From: an uncultured Pseudomonadales bacterium
Lineage (GTDB): Bacteria; Patescibacteriota; Microgenomatia; UBA1400; PJMF01
Direction: 5' to 3'
NCBI GenBank assembly: GCA_964620965.1
Contig: CAZUHV010000002.1
Span: 117,452-181,451 of the forward strand
DNA length: 64,000 nt
Each line of letters opens with the position of its first letter. The first letter of the stretch is position 1. Below the pieces are notes generated by a model. It ran no database searches and was not told where the DNA came from. It saw only the letters and a program-made list of their open reading frames with translations. The position numbers and the translations under genes were made by a program. Shown here piece after piece: positions 26,199-34,514 of this stretch.

Positions 26199-27719
26199 CT
26201 AGTGTGTATTCTGTTGCCACGTTCCTTGTGGGGTATTTCTTCTAATTGGAGATGGATCTAAAGCCTGAAATTGTTCAATATCTTCAACACTTCTAAAAAC
26301 TAGCGATAAAATTATGTCTTCTGTTAGGTTATGTACATGAAATGGAACCGTTGGAACTCCGTATGGCAAATGATTTTTATACGCTTTTTTGATCTCGCCT
26401 TCAACAAATGATGGCATTTGAAATGGAAGCATTTTGTTATCTAAATATTTTGTTCGAGCTGAGGCCTCACCTCCATATGGTTTGAAATACTCACCGCCTT
26501 CATCAACGTAATACAACATCCCACCAGGAGACTCAACTGTGCCTCCAGCAACTGCGCGAGAAACTCCAATTCCAGAAGCTCCGAGCGCAAGAGTAGTTGC
26601 AATGTGATCACTCGCTCCACCTTCTACAATTACTGGTATCGAGATCTCACCACGAAGTTCCCAAAGCAAAATTGGCCAATCAATAACACTGCCACTTCTT
26701 ACCCCAGTTATGCACCTTCCACCGCCTCCAATACCAATGTATAGACCATCAGCACCAGCTTCTTCTATTTGTTTTGCTTGTAAAACATCTACTACCTGAC
26801 CAGCAAAAATTTCAACTTCTTGGCCAAACTCTTTCCTTAAAGCCTGGACTGTTCTAACTACAGACAAACCAGGTTCTGGTGAATACACTCTAAAAGTTCT
26901 AATACCAATTTTATATAAAGCTTTTCCTCGTATAATTGCTTTTGCTGGATCAGCATCAAGTACTCCCATAACATTGTGCTTCCAGTGATCAAGTAAAAAT
27001 TGTTTTTCATAATAACTACGACCAATCAACACTTCGCTTTCTTCTAATGCTGTAAAAACTTGCTTTGCTAAATCTACCTGACGAGAAATTTCATTAAATG
27101 GACCATTTCTTGGAACTCCAATAAGAGAAAGGCACTGTGCCATTGTTGAAATCGCATACACACTTCCCCAAGCATCGGGCATTGCAGAACCAACCAGTAT
27201 CGAGCGTGCATATTTTCCTAATTTAACAAAAGGACCATTATTTAGTCTAAACTTTCGAGACACTCTCTCACGCTGAGAACCTACAACTCTTATACCTAAA
27301 TCAGAAATAGAAAGTGCCAATTCTTCTGCAATTGTTTGTTCCATTACCTTGCTTTTAATTTTGGGAGGAGCAACAAATGGTTTCTTTTGAATTTTTTTTA
27401 AAGCTGAAATTCTTTCTGGATGATTAAAAATCTCGAGAAAATATTGACGAACTCTTAAAATCGTAATCATTTCTTTTACAGGGAGCATGCCACGCTGTTT
27501 ATATTCCAAGAAATCAAACGGGGTTTTCAGCAACCCTTGACTTGGGTATGCATTACTGTTTTCTTGACTTTCTGTATACCAATACTTCAGGTATTCTGTA
27601 AGATTTTTTTCAAAAGGTTCTAACTTTTCCAAAATAAATTTTTCCCAAAGTTTCGAATCTCGAAAAGAATTAAAAGGTAAATCTTTAATATTCATGCCAG
27701 AGTACATAGTAACAACCAA
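26199..27719 (-). CDS. divergent GMP reductase/IMP dehydrogenase-family TIM-barrel protein (start may be 27707 or 27695)
   Basis: IFAGQVVD, AGADGLYIGIGGGGRCIT (catalytic-Cys loop), IPVIVEGG, ESPGG, FKPYGGEAS, FVEG. Confidence 0.8.
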   Translation of the reverse strand: MVVTMYSGMNIKDLPFNSFRDSKLWEKFILEKLEPFEKNLTEYLKYWYTESQENSNAYPSQGLLKTPFDFLEYKQRGMLPVKEMITILRVRQYFLEIFNHPERISALKKIQKKPFVAPPKIKSKVMEQTIAEELALSISDLGIRVVGSQRERVSRKFRLNNGPFVKLGKYARSILVGSAMPDAWGSVYAISTMAQCLSLIGVPRNGPFNEISRQVDLAKQVFTALEESEVLIGRSYYEKQFLLDHWKHNVMGVLDADPAKAIIRGKALYKIGIRTFRVYSPEPGLSVVRTVQALRKEFGQEVEIFAGQVVDVLQAKQIEEAGADGLYIGIGGGGRCITGVRSGSVIDWPILLWELRGEISIPVIVEGGASDHIATTLALGASGIGVSRAVAGGTVESPGGMLYYVDEGGEYFKPYGGEASARTKYLDNKMLPFQMPSFVEGEIKKAYKNHLPYGVPTVPFHVHNLTEDIILSLVFRSVEDIEQFQALDPSPIRRNTPQGTWQQNTH

Positions 27720-27742
27720 AAGTACCTTTAGGCAATAAGTAT

Positions 27743-28930
27743 TTACTGAAGCTTCGCTACAACTTTTTCTACCAGCGTATCAACCAAATTTGGATAGAAT
27801 GGTGAAACTATAACATTTTCCCTGCTTGGTTCTTCTATCAGCGAAGCAAGAGCCTGTACCAAAGCTATCTTAACTTCCATTGTAATTCTTTTAAGTTGTA
27901 GTGTATGAGCAATCTTAAAAATTGCAGGAAAAGCCAAAATATTATTTATTTGGTTTGGAAAATCACTTCTTCCAGTTGCAATAACGTATGCACCTGCTTC
28001 TTTTGCTAAATCAGGCATAATCTCGGGATCTGGATTTGCCATTGCAAATACTATAGATTTTTCAGCCAAATTTTTTACTAACTCTTGAGAGATAGAACCT
28101 GGTCCAGATACTCCCACAACGACATCAAATCCCTTAAGTACTTCTTCTGGACTTCCCTGTAACTGCGTTTTATTACTGATACCAGCGACTGCCTGTTTGT
28201 ATACATTTAAATCAGATCTTCCAGAAAAAATTGCTCCTTTACTATCAAATACAACCAAATCTTTTACTCTTGGTAGACCAGCAACGTAAGAACAACTACC
28301 AGCTCTACAATTAACTCCAAGTAGCATCTTTGAAACAGCCAATCCTGCTGCACCAGCACCAATTACACCAACTCGTAAATCTTCATAGTTTTTTCCAACA
28401 ACTTTTGCAGCATTCATCAATGCTGCTGCAACAACAATTGCAGTTCCATGCTGATCGTCATGAAAAACGGGAATTCCTAAATCTTGCAAAGATTCTTCTA
28501 TCTCAAAACAGTTTGGAGCTTTAATATCCTCTAAATTTATGGCACAAAAAGTTGGCGCAACTTGTCGAACAAACTCAATAACTTCCTCACTCTTTTTTGT
28601 ACGAATCACAAGAGGAAATGAATCTAATCCAGAAAACTGTTTAATCAACAATGATTTTCCTTCCATGACAGGCAAAGCTGCCTCTGGGCCGATATCGCCT
28701 AAACCAAGTACAGCGGTTCCGTTAGAAATTACTGCAACAGTTCTTCCGTTTAAAGTAAGCTCACGAGAAAGCTCTGGATTTTCTGCAACAACTCTAGAAA
28801 CTGCTCCCACACCTGGTGTGTAGGCTAATGAAAGCTCAGCTGAGTTAGTAATAGAAACCCTCGAAGTAACTTCTAGTTTTCCTTGATTTTTTTTATGCAG
28901 TTCTACTGCAGCTTGAGAAACATCTGCCAT
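27743..28930 (-). CDS. NAD(P)-dependent malic enzyme
   Basis: LSLAYTPGVG, NGTAVLGLGDIGPEAALPVMEGK, INLEDI, PVFHDDQHGTA, GAGAAG, MANPDPEI, TGRSDFPNQINN. Confidence 0.95.
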   Translation of the reverse strand: MADVSQAAVELHKKNQGKLEVTSRVSITNSAELSLAYTPGVGAVSRVVAENPELSRELTLNGRTVAVISNGTAVLGLGDIGPEAALPVMEGKSLLIKQFSGLDSFPLVIRTKKSEEVIEFVRQVAPTFCAINLEDIKAPNCFEIEESLQDLGIPVFHDDQHGTAIVVAAALMNAAKVVGKNYEDLRVGVIGAGAAGLAVSKMLLGVNCRAGSCSYVAGLPRVKDLVVFDSKGAIFSGRSDLNVYKQAVAGISNKTQLQGSPEEVLKGFDVVVGVSGPGSISQELVKNLAEKSIVFAMANPDPEIMPDLAKEAGAYVIATGRSDFPNQINNILAFPAIFKIAHTLQLKRITMEVKIALVQALASLIEEPSRENVIVSPFYPNLVDTLVEKVVAKLQ

Positions 28931-28972
28931 ATTTTCCTTTTGTTATCTATTCCCAAAGTATCAGTATACCAG

Positions 28973-29719
28973 CTATTTATACATTTCTCTTAACAAAGCT
29001 CTCACTAGAGGATGGCCAAAAATACCAATGTTTTGCACAGTTTCCCAATATAATTTTTGTTCATCCCCAGAACCAAAACTATCAATTACTATTGTCTGTT
29101 TATCGGCGATTGGTAATTTATATGCTTGCACTAATCCTGAATCAAGCTCGTTTACTCTATAAATTATTTTTGGCAAACCATTGATTTCTTGTCTTGTTGA
29201 GAATTGAAACTCTTGACCAACTTTATTATACAAAAGTTTGGCTCGTAAACGGGCAATCGTAGCTCCAAGCACTGCTGCCCATTCAAATGCTGCATCACTA
29301 GAATAACCTTTACCAAGAATTGTTTCTTCTAATCTCTTTCTTTTAGAGTAATTTAACTTATGTAGCAACCTAATGCCTTTCCAAATTTGCTCTCCAATTT
29401 CGAGTAACTCAGTTGCTAACTTTTCAGGAGATTCTACAGATCCCACAAAATATCCCTCTAAACCCGTTCTACAAGTAACTCTTGTTTCATTTTTTTTGCC
29501 ATTAAGTGGAACTCCCGCTAATCGAATGGCTTGCCAGCGAAAATATGCTTCATCCATTCCGTGAGATTTTTGTTCAGCAAGAGGAAGCTTGCCAGCAGAC
29601 AATCCAGTTTTAACTAACTTACTTAAGGGAACATCTTTATTTGCTATCAAGATTTCATTTGATCTCAAACCTAATTGAGACTCTGCAAAAAGGTGTGATT
29701 CAATACTATGCAGGGACAT
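28973..29719 (-). CDS. hypothetical protein
   Basis: 248-aa ORF with SD-like AAAGG, co-oriented with malic enzyme; ends GIFGHPLVR. Confidence 0.7.
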   Translation of the reverse strand: MSLHSIESHLFAESQLGLRSNEILIANKDVPLSKLVKTGLSAGKLPLAEQKSHGMDEAYFRWQAIRLAGVPLNGKKNETRVTCRTGLEGYFVGSVESPEKLATELLEIGEQIWKGIRLLHKLNYSKRKRLEETILGKGYSSDAAFEWAAVLGATIARLRAKLLYNKVGQEFQFSTRQEINGLPKIIYRVNELDSGLVQAYKLPIADKQTIVIDSFGSGDEQKLYWETVQNIGIFGHPLVRALLREMYK

Positions 29720-29806
29720 ATTACCTTTCTAAGGATTACCCACTACTATGTATCTTCAATATGTAATCTACACCTAAAAAAAATTTTTGATATTATTGAA
29801 TTTAAG

Positions 29807-30286
29807 TTATGATATATTTATAATAATAAATTTGGTCTCTCCAGTTGGAGTTTGAACAATAACTTGATCGCCAACTTTTTTACGCAATAATGCTTTTCCA
29901 ATTGGGCTTGTATAAGAAATTTTTCCTTTCGATGGATCTGATTCATGTTCACTCACAATTAAAAACGTTTTTTGCTTTTTAGTTTCGTCTAACTTCTCAA
30001 CCGTTACCGTACTCCCAAAATCAATCAAACCTTTAGGAGTAGCCTGTTTGGGAGCTGGAAAACCTTGTAGTAAAAGTTGTTTGTATCTTCGAAGTTCCCT
30101 TGAAACATTTCCAAGCTCAAACTTAGCATATTTGTACGCACCATTTTCTGAAAGATCTCCCATTGCACGAGCTTCTACTAAACGTTGCATCACTTGTTCT
30201 CGTTCTTCAGAAAGTTCTGTAACTTTTTGTTGCATCTCCTTATATTTTTTAGGAGTAAATGGAATTGTCTTTAATACTTTTTGCAT
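29807..30286 (-). CDS. GreA/GreB family transcription factor (second copy)
   Basis: EARAMGDLSENGAY, IDFGSTVTV, ESDPSKGKISYTSPIGKALL. Confidence 0.92.
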   Translation of the reverse strand: MQKVLKTIPFTPKKYKEMQQKVTELSEEREQVMQRLVEARAMGDLSENGAYKYAKFELGNVSRELRRYKQLLLQGFPAPKQATPKGLIDFGSTVTVEKLDETKKQKTFLIVSEHESDPSKGKISYTSPIGKALLRKKVGDQVIVQTPTGETKFIIINIS

Positions 30287-30292
30287 AGATTG

Positions 30293-31090
30293 CTATGCAA
30301 GTGTAGCACTGGTCGCCCTTTTTAACTGGACAAATTTAAAGATGCTAAACAGAACATTCAGAATAAGTAAGTTCATAAGATATGGTAATGGTAATTTAAA
30401 CGCGGACCAAACTGCAAGAGTTCCTCCAAGAATTACCCCATATACCCATTCTTGGGCGTCTATAAGTGGAGTTGTTTTTGGTTCGGTTGCCATAAGTAAC
30501 AGGAAAAAAGCAAATGTACCTTCTAAAATTGTTGTAATTGGAAAACTTCCTTGAAGCAGATATCCAAGAAATAAAAAACTTGCTGTGGTTGCGACTAATG
30601 TTGGAATCTTTTGATATCTTTTAATAATATATAAACCAACTGGAAGAGTGATCAACATTGCAGCACTAATACCAAACTCAGTGAATCGGGGAGAAAAACT
30701 AACTCCCCACCAAGTAGTAGTTAATCCAAACAGATACAATAAACTCAAGCTCACTGCAGCAGGATTAAAAATCGGGTGATGTTGCACACGAATAAAAATT
30801 TTAAATAAAAATGTTAGCAAACCCAGCGCAACTACAAGCAGAGTAGGAGCAGAGGGGTCAGCAAGAAGTAACAAAATTAAAAGGGTAATTGCAATATTAT
30901 CCCACTGAACTTTAATATCCCTCAACTTCATAAATAAAAAAGTAGGAATAACAAAGCTTGCCCCTAATATGAAAAATCTTGTTAACTCTGCAGAATAAAA
31001 ACTAGAACCCTTTAATAACACTGCTAAAGCATATAAAAAGCCTAAAAACAATGTTGTAATCTCAGATGGTTTAAGAAATCTCATACTCAT
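30293..31090 (-). CDS. RnfD/NqrB-like polytopic membrane protein (true start may be the ATG at 31084)
   Basis: HHPIFNPAA, TTWWG, FFLLLMATEPKTTP; about 9-10 TM segments. Confidence 0.75.
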   Translation of the reverse strand: MSMRFLKPSEITTLFLGFLYALAVLLKGSSFYSAELTRFFILGASFVIPTFLFMKLRDIKVQWDNIAITLLILLLLADPSAPTLLVVALGLLTFLFKIFIRVQHHPIFNPAAVSLSLLYLFGLTTTWWGVSFSPRFTEFGISAAMLITLPVGLYIIKRYQKIPTLVATTASFLFLGYLLQGSFPITTILEGTFAFFLLLMATEPKTTPLIDAQEWVYGVILGGTLAVWSAFKLPLPYLMNLLILNVLFSIFKFVQLKRATSATLA

Positions 31091-31130
31091 ACTATAATGA
31101 AATTAGAAACTAAAAAAAAGGAGTAAAGAT

Positions 31131-31565
31131 ATGACAAAAAAAGTCTGGTTAATCGGTGCAGTTTTTGCTGTTGCAGGAGGAGTATATCTAGGCACAATCC
31201 TCAGTAATTCTTCTATGCTCTCATTTTTAGAAACTCCTGGAAAAACAGAAACAGAACAAGTGGCAGTTGCAGAAAGCCCATGGACAAAAGCTGAAAATAA
31301 ATTGAGCACCAAACTTGAGTATGAAAGCCCTGCAGGACAAGAAATTAATACTATTACTATCGCAGTAGAAAACGATACTATTACAAGTTTTGAGATGACT
31401 ATTGAAACAAAAAATGATGTCAGTATCGCTTATCAAAAAAAGTTTGTTGCAGAAGTTGAAAAAACAATAATCGGTAAAAAAGTTTCAGAAATTTCTCAAC
31501 TCGATACAGTTGCTGGAGCAAGCCTTACAACTAAAGCATTTACTGCAGCATTTATGCAGATATAA
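31131..31565 (+). CDS. extracytoplasmic FMN-binding-domain protein with flavinylation-like motif
   Basis: N-terminal TM; YESPAG, YQKKF, C-terminal LDTVAGASLTTKAF; SD AGGAG. Confidence 0.75.
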   Translation: MTKKVWLIGAVFAVAGGVYLGTILSNSSMLSFLETPGKTETEQVAVAESPWTKAENKLSTKLEYESPAGQEINTITIAVENDTITSFEMTIETKNDVSIAYQKKFVAEVEKTIIGKKVSEISQLDTVAGASLTTKAFTAAFMQI

Positions 31566-31623
31566 ATAAAATATCCTTTTACTGGTACTTTATTCTAATG
31601 TATATACGGTACAATGGTGCTTC

Positions 31624-33171
31624 ATGCCAAAACCAGTCATCGACACCACTGCACAAAAAGCACTTGATCTTTTAGAAAATAGCAAAAAACATATTTTTAT
31701 AACTGGAAATGCTGGAACAGGAAAATCCACTCTACTAGAGTACTGGCGTTCAAAAACAAAACAAAATATTGCAGTACTGGCCCCAACCGGAGTTGCTGCA
31801 CTAACAATTAAAGGACAAACAATACACTCATTCTTTGGATTTAGACCAGATATAACTGTTCAAAAAATTTATAAATTTTATAGAAAAAAAGATAAAAAAG
31901 GACTCTACAAAAAACTAGACACTATTGTGATTGACGAAATTTCTATGGTTAGAGCCGATCTTCTTGATTGTATTGATCAGTTTTTAAGAATGCATGGAAA
32001 AAACGAAAACGAGCCATTTGGAGGAATTCGAATGGTTTTTATAGGAGATTTGCATCAACTTCCTCCCGTTGTTACTACAAAAGAGCAAGATATTTTTACA
32101 AACTACTATAAAACTCCATACTTTTTTTCCTCAAATGTTTTTGAAGAGCTTGAACTAACATTTATAGAACTAAAAAAAATATATCGTCAAAGTGATCAAG
32201 AATTTATAGAAATACTTGCAGCAATGCGAGAAAATGCAGTATCAGAACCGCAACTTGAAAAACTCAATTCTAGATTTGATCCACAGTTTGAAACCCCAAG
32301 TAATAAATTCTTCATAACACTAACAACAACAAACAAAACTGCACAGAAAATTAATGAATACCATTTGGCAAAAATTTTTAATGAGCGCTATACCTATTCT
32401 GGTAAAGCAGATGGGAAATTTGATGCAAAATATTTACCAACATCCGCAACTTTAGAGCTAAAAACTGGGGCTCAAATTATGATGGTTGCCAATGATAAAA
32501 AGGGCAGATGGGTAAATGGCTCATTGGGAAAAATTACTGCTATTCAGGCAGATACAAAAGGTGGTTCGGATTTCATTACTGTAGAACTAGAAGACGGCCA
32601 TGAGGTTCAAGTTGAGCCATATACTTGGGAAATGTTTAACATGCAATACAACCCCGCAACCGACAAATTGCAAACCGAAGTTGTAGGAACATATACCCAA
32701 TATCCACTCACACTAGCTTGGGCAATCACAATTCATAAAAGTCAGGGAAAAACATTTGATAATGTTATTATCGACTTTGGTTGGGGAACATTTGCACATG
32801 GACAAGCCTATGTTGCACTTTCAAGATGTACAAGCCTAAAGGGGATTGTATTAACCAAGCCATTTGCACAGAACTTCATTATTATTGATCCACACGTACA
32901 CGCTTTCTTAACAACCTTCAAATACCTTACAAATACTCAACAAGATAAAAACCTTGAGCAACAAGCAATTTTTTCCATTATCTTAAAAGCAATCAATGAT
33001 GGCAACCTGTTAACATTTAAAGATGAACAACAAAATACCAGAACTGTAAAACCATACGAACTTGACCAAGAAAAAAAACTGCTCATTGGGCATTGCTTTA
33101 CACAAAATGAAATACTTGAATTTGATCTCAACAAAATCACAGAAATCAAAGAGCTATTAGGGGTTTCGTAA
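31624..33171 (+). CDS. PIF1/RecD-like SF1B helicase with C-terminal WYL-like domain
   Basis: GNAGTGKS, LAPTGVAA, IDEISM, GDLHQLPP, YRQ, AITIHKSQG, YVALSR; tail KAI..RTVKPYEL..LLIGHC..EFDLNKI. Confidence 0.9.
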   Translation: MPKPVIDTTAQKALDLLENSKKHIFITGNAGTGKSTLLEYWRSKTKQNIAVLAPTGVAALTIKGQTIHSFFGFRPDITVQKIYKFYRKKDKKGLYKKLDTIVIDEISMVRADLLDCIDQFLRMHGKNENEPFGGIRMVFIGDLHQLPPVVTTKEQDIFTNYYKTPYFFSSNVFEELELTFIELKKIYRQSDQEFIEILAAMRENAVSEPQLEKLNSRFDPQFETPSNKFFITLTTTNKTAQKINEYHLAKIFNERYTYSGKADGKFDAKYLPTSATLELKTGAQIMMVANDKKGRWVNGSLGKITAIQADTKGGSDFITVELEDGHEVQVEPYTWEMFNMQYNPATDKLQTEVVGTYTQYPLTLAWAITIHKSQGKTFDNVIIDFGWGTFAHGQAYVALSRCTSLKGIVLTKPFAQNFIIIDPHVHAFLTTFKYLTNTQQDKNLEQQAIFSIILKAINDGNLLTFKDEQQNTRTVKPYELDQEKKLLIGHCFTQNEILEFDLNKITEIKELLGVS

Positions 33172-33261
33172 TCTTATTAACTTCTCACTTGCACAGTAGC
33201 GCCATCTTCGATATAAATTAGTAATCTTATATTTTGAAAATCACTTTTAGAAGGGTTACTA

Positions 33262-33570
33262 ATGTCAAAACAGAAAACACCAAAGTATCTTGATGAGGCA
33301 TTCGAACAAGTTGCAGCAGAACTACTGGCAACTTTCTTAAAAAAACATAAGGACTATGGTAAGGGCAACATAATCTCCATAAAAGAACTTGGAATAACTT
33401 TCAGAATTAGCGAAAAAGCAGAACGTCTTAAAAATCTCCTTATGAGCCCAAACCAACCAGAAAATGAGTCAATCGACGACAGCTGGACAGACATTGGCGT
33501 GTATGCAATTATTGGGATATTATTCCGACGCGGGTGGTTCGAAAAACTCGAAGTGAGACAAGAAAAATAA
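33262..33570 (+). CDS. DUF1599/Nmad1-like all-alpha nucleotide-modification-associated protein
   Basis: KKHKDYGKGNI, RISEKAERL, NESIDDSWTDIGVYAII. Confidence 0.75.
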   Translation: MSKQKTPKYLDEAFEQVAAELLATFLKKHKDYGKGNIISIKELGITFRISEKAERLKNLLMSPNQPENESIDDSWTDIGVYAIIGILFRRGWFEKLEVRQEK

Positions 33571-33585
33571 TTTTTTTCTGAAAAA

Positions 33586-34512
33586 CTAGTTTTTTTCAGC
33601 AATAGCCATTTTTAATGCTCCAAAAACAGGTGCAGTATCTGGAACAATAATCTTGATTTGTGGATATACTGCCTTTAGTTGTTCAGAAACTTGAGTATAA
33701 ATATAGTCTACACTCAGGACAGCTCCAGAAAGCACTAAATCAAATTTTTGTAATTCTAATTTTGTTGCAACAGTCTGAATCATTGTAATAATATCCTGCA
33801 CTGTCCAATCAAAAATATCTTTTGCAATTGCATCTCCTTGTTCAAAAGCTTTTGAGCAAAGCAGAGCTAACTCAGCAACCTCGATTTTAGTTAATGGAGG
33901 ATGGTAAACTGAAGTCTTTAAATCTGCAATAGATGCTATTCTAAAATGTTCGCACACTAAGTCTTCCAACATACTTTTCGAGCGTCTTCCATCAAAACTT
34001 TTTACAGCTTCTCTTAAAACATGTCTTCCAATATCATAGCCCGAACCTTGATCTGCAAGCAAGTAATCCATACCAGAAACTTTTGCATATCCACCAGCTT
34101 GGTTAACGCCATAACAAATGCTTCCCGTACCAGCAACCATAATCACAGCATCAGCACTGTCTGTACCATTCTTTAATGCAATGATACTATCATTCATTAA
34201 TTGGAATTTTTTGATTTTATAGTGTGCAATTGCCCTGTTAAAAACTTCATAAGACTGTTCATATTCACTTTGAGAATCAATGCCAGCCAGACCCATCACT
34301 AAAACTTCAAAACCTGTTTGTTCAGACTCTGGAAGCATCTCTATTGCCTGTCTAATTGCTTCAATCAAGTTGAAACTTGCTGCCCCAACAGAAGTAGAAG
34401 TTAGGTTTGTAGGACCTGCTAAACCTCTTCCTACAACAGCTCCATTCTCATCTGCACAGACTGCATCTGTTTTAGTTCCACCTCCATCAACTGCTAAAAA
34501 GTATTTTGCCAT
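33586..34512 (-). CDS. BadF/BadG/BcrA/BcrD-type sugar kinase (GlcNAc/glucose kinase-like)
   Basis: AVDGGGTKT, GLAG, ND, AGTGS, LADQGSGYDIG. Confidence 0.88.
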   Translation of the reverse strand: MAKYFLAVDGGGTKTDAVCADENGAVVGRGLAGPTNLTSTSVGAASFNLIEAIRQAIEMLPESEQTGFEVLVMGLAGIDSQSEYEQSYEVFNRAIAHYKIKKFQLMNDSIIALKNGTDSADAVIMVAGTGSICYGVNQAGGYAKVSGMDYLLADQGSGYDIGRHVLREAVKSFDGRRSKSMLEDLVCEHFRIASIADLKTSVYHPPLTKIEVAELALLCSKAFEQGDAIAKDIFDWTVQDIITMIQTVATKLELQKFDLVLSGAVLSVDYIYTQVSEQLKAVYPQIKIIVPDTAPVFGALKMAIAEKN

Positions 34513-34514
34513 AA

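Noticed and set aside
30048-30554. 168-aa plus-strand ORF across the Gre paralog and the RnfD-like gene
   Set aside because: It is antisense to two well-supported genes and has no recognisable features.
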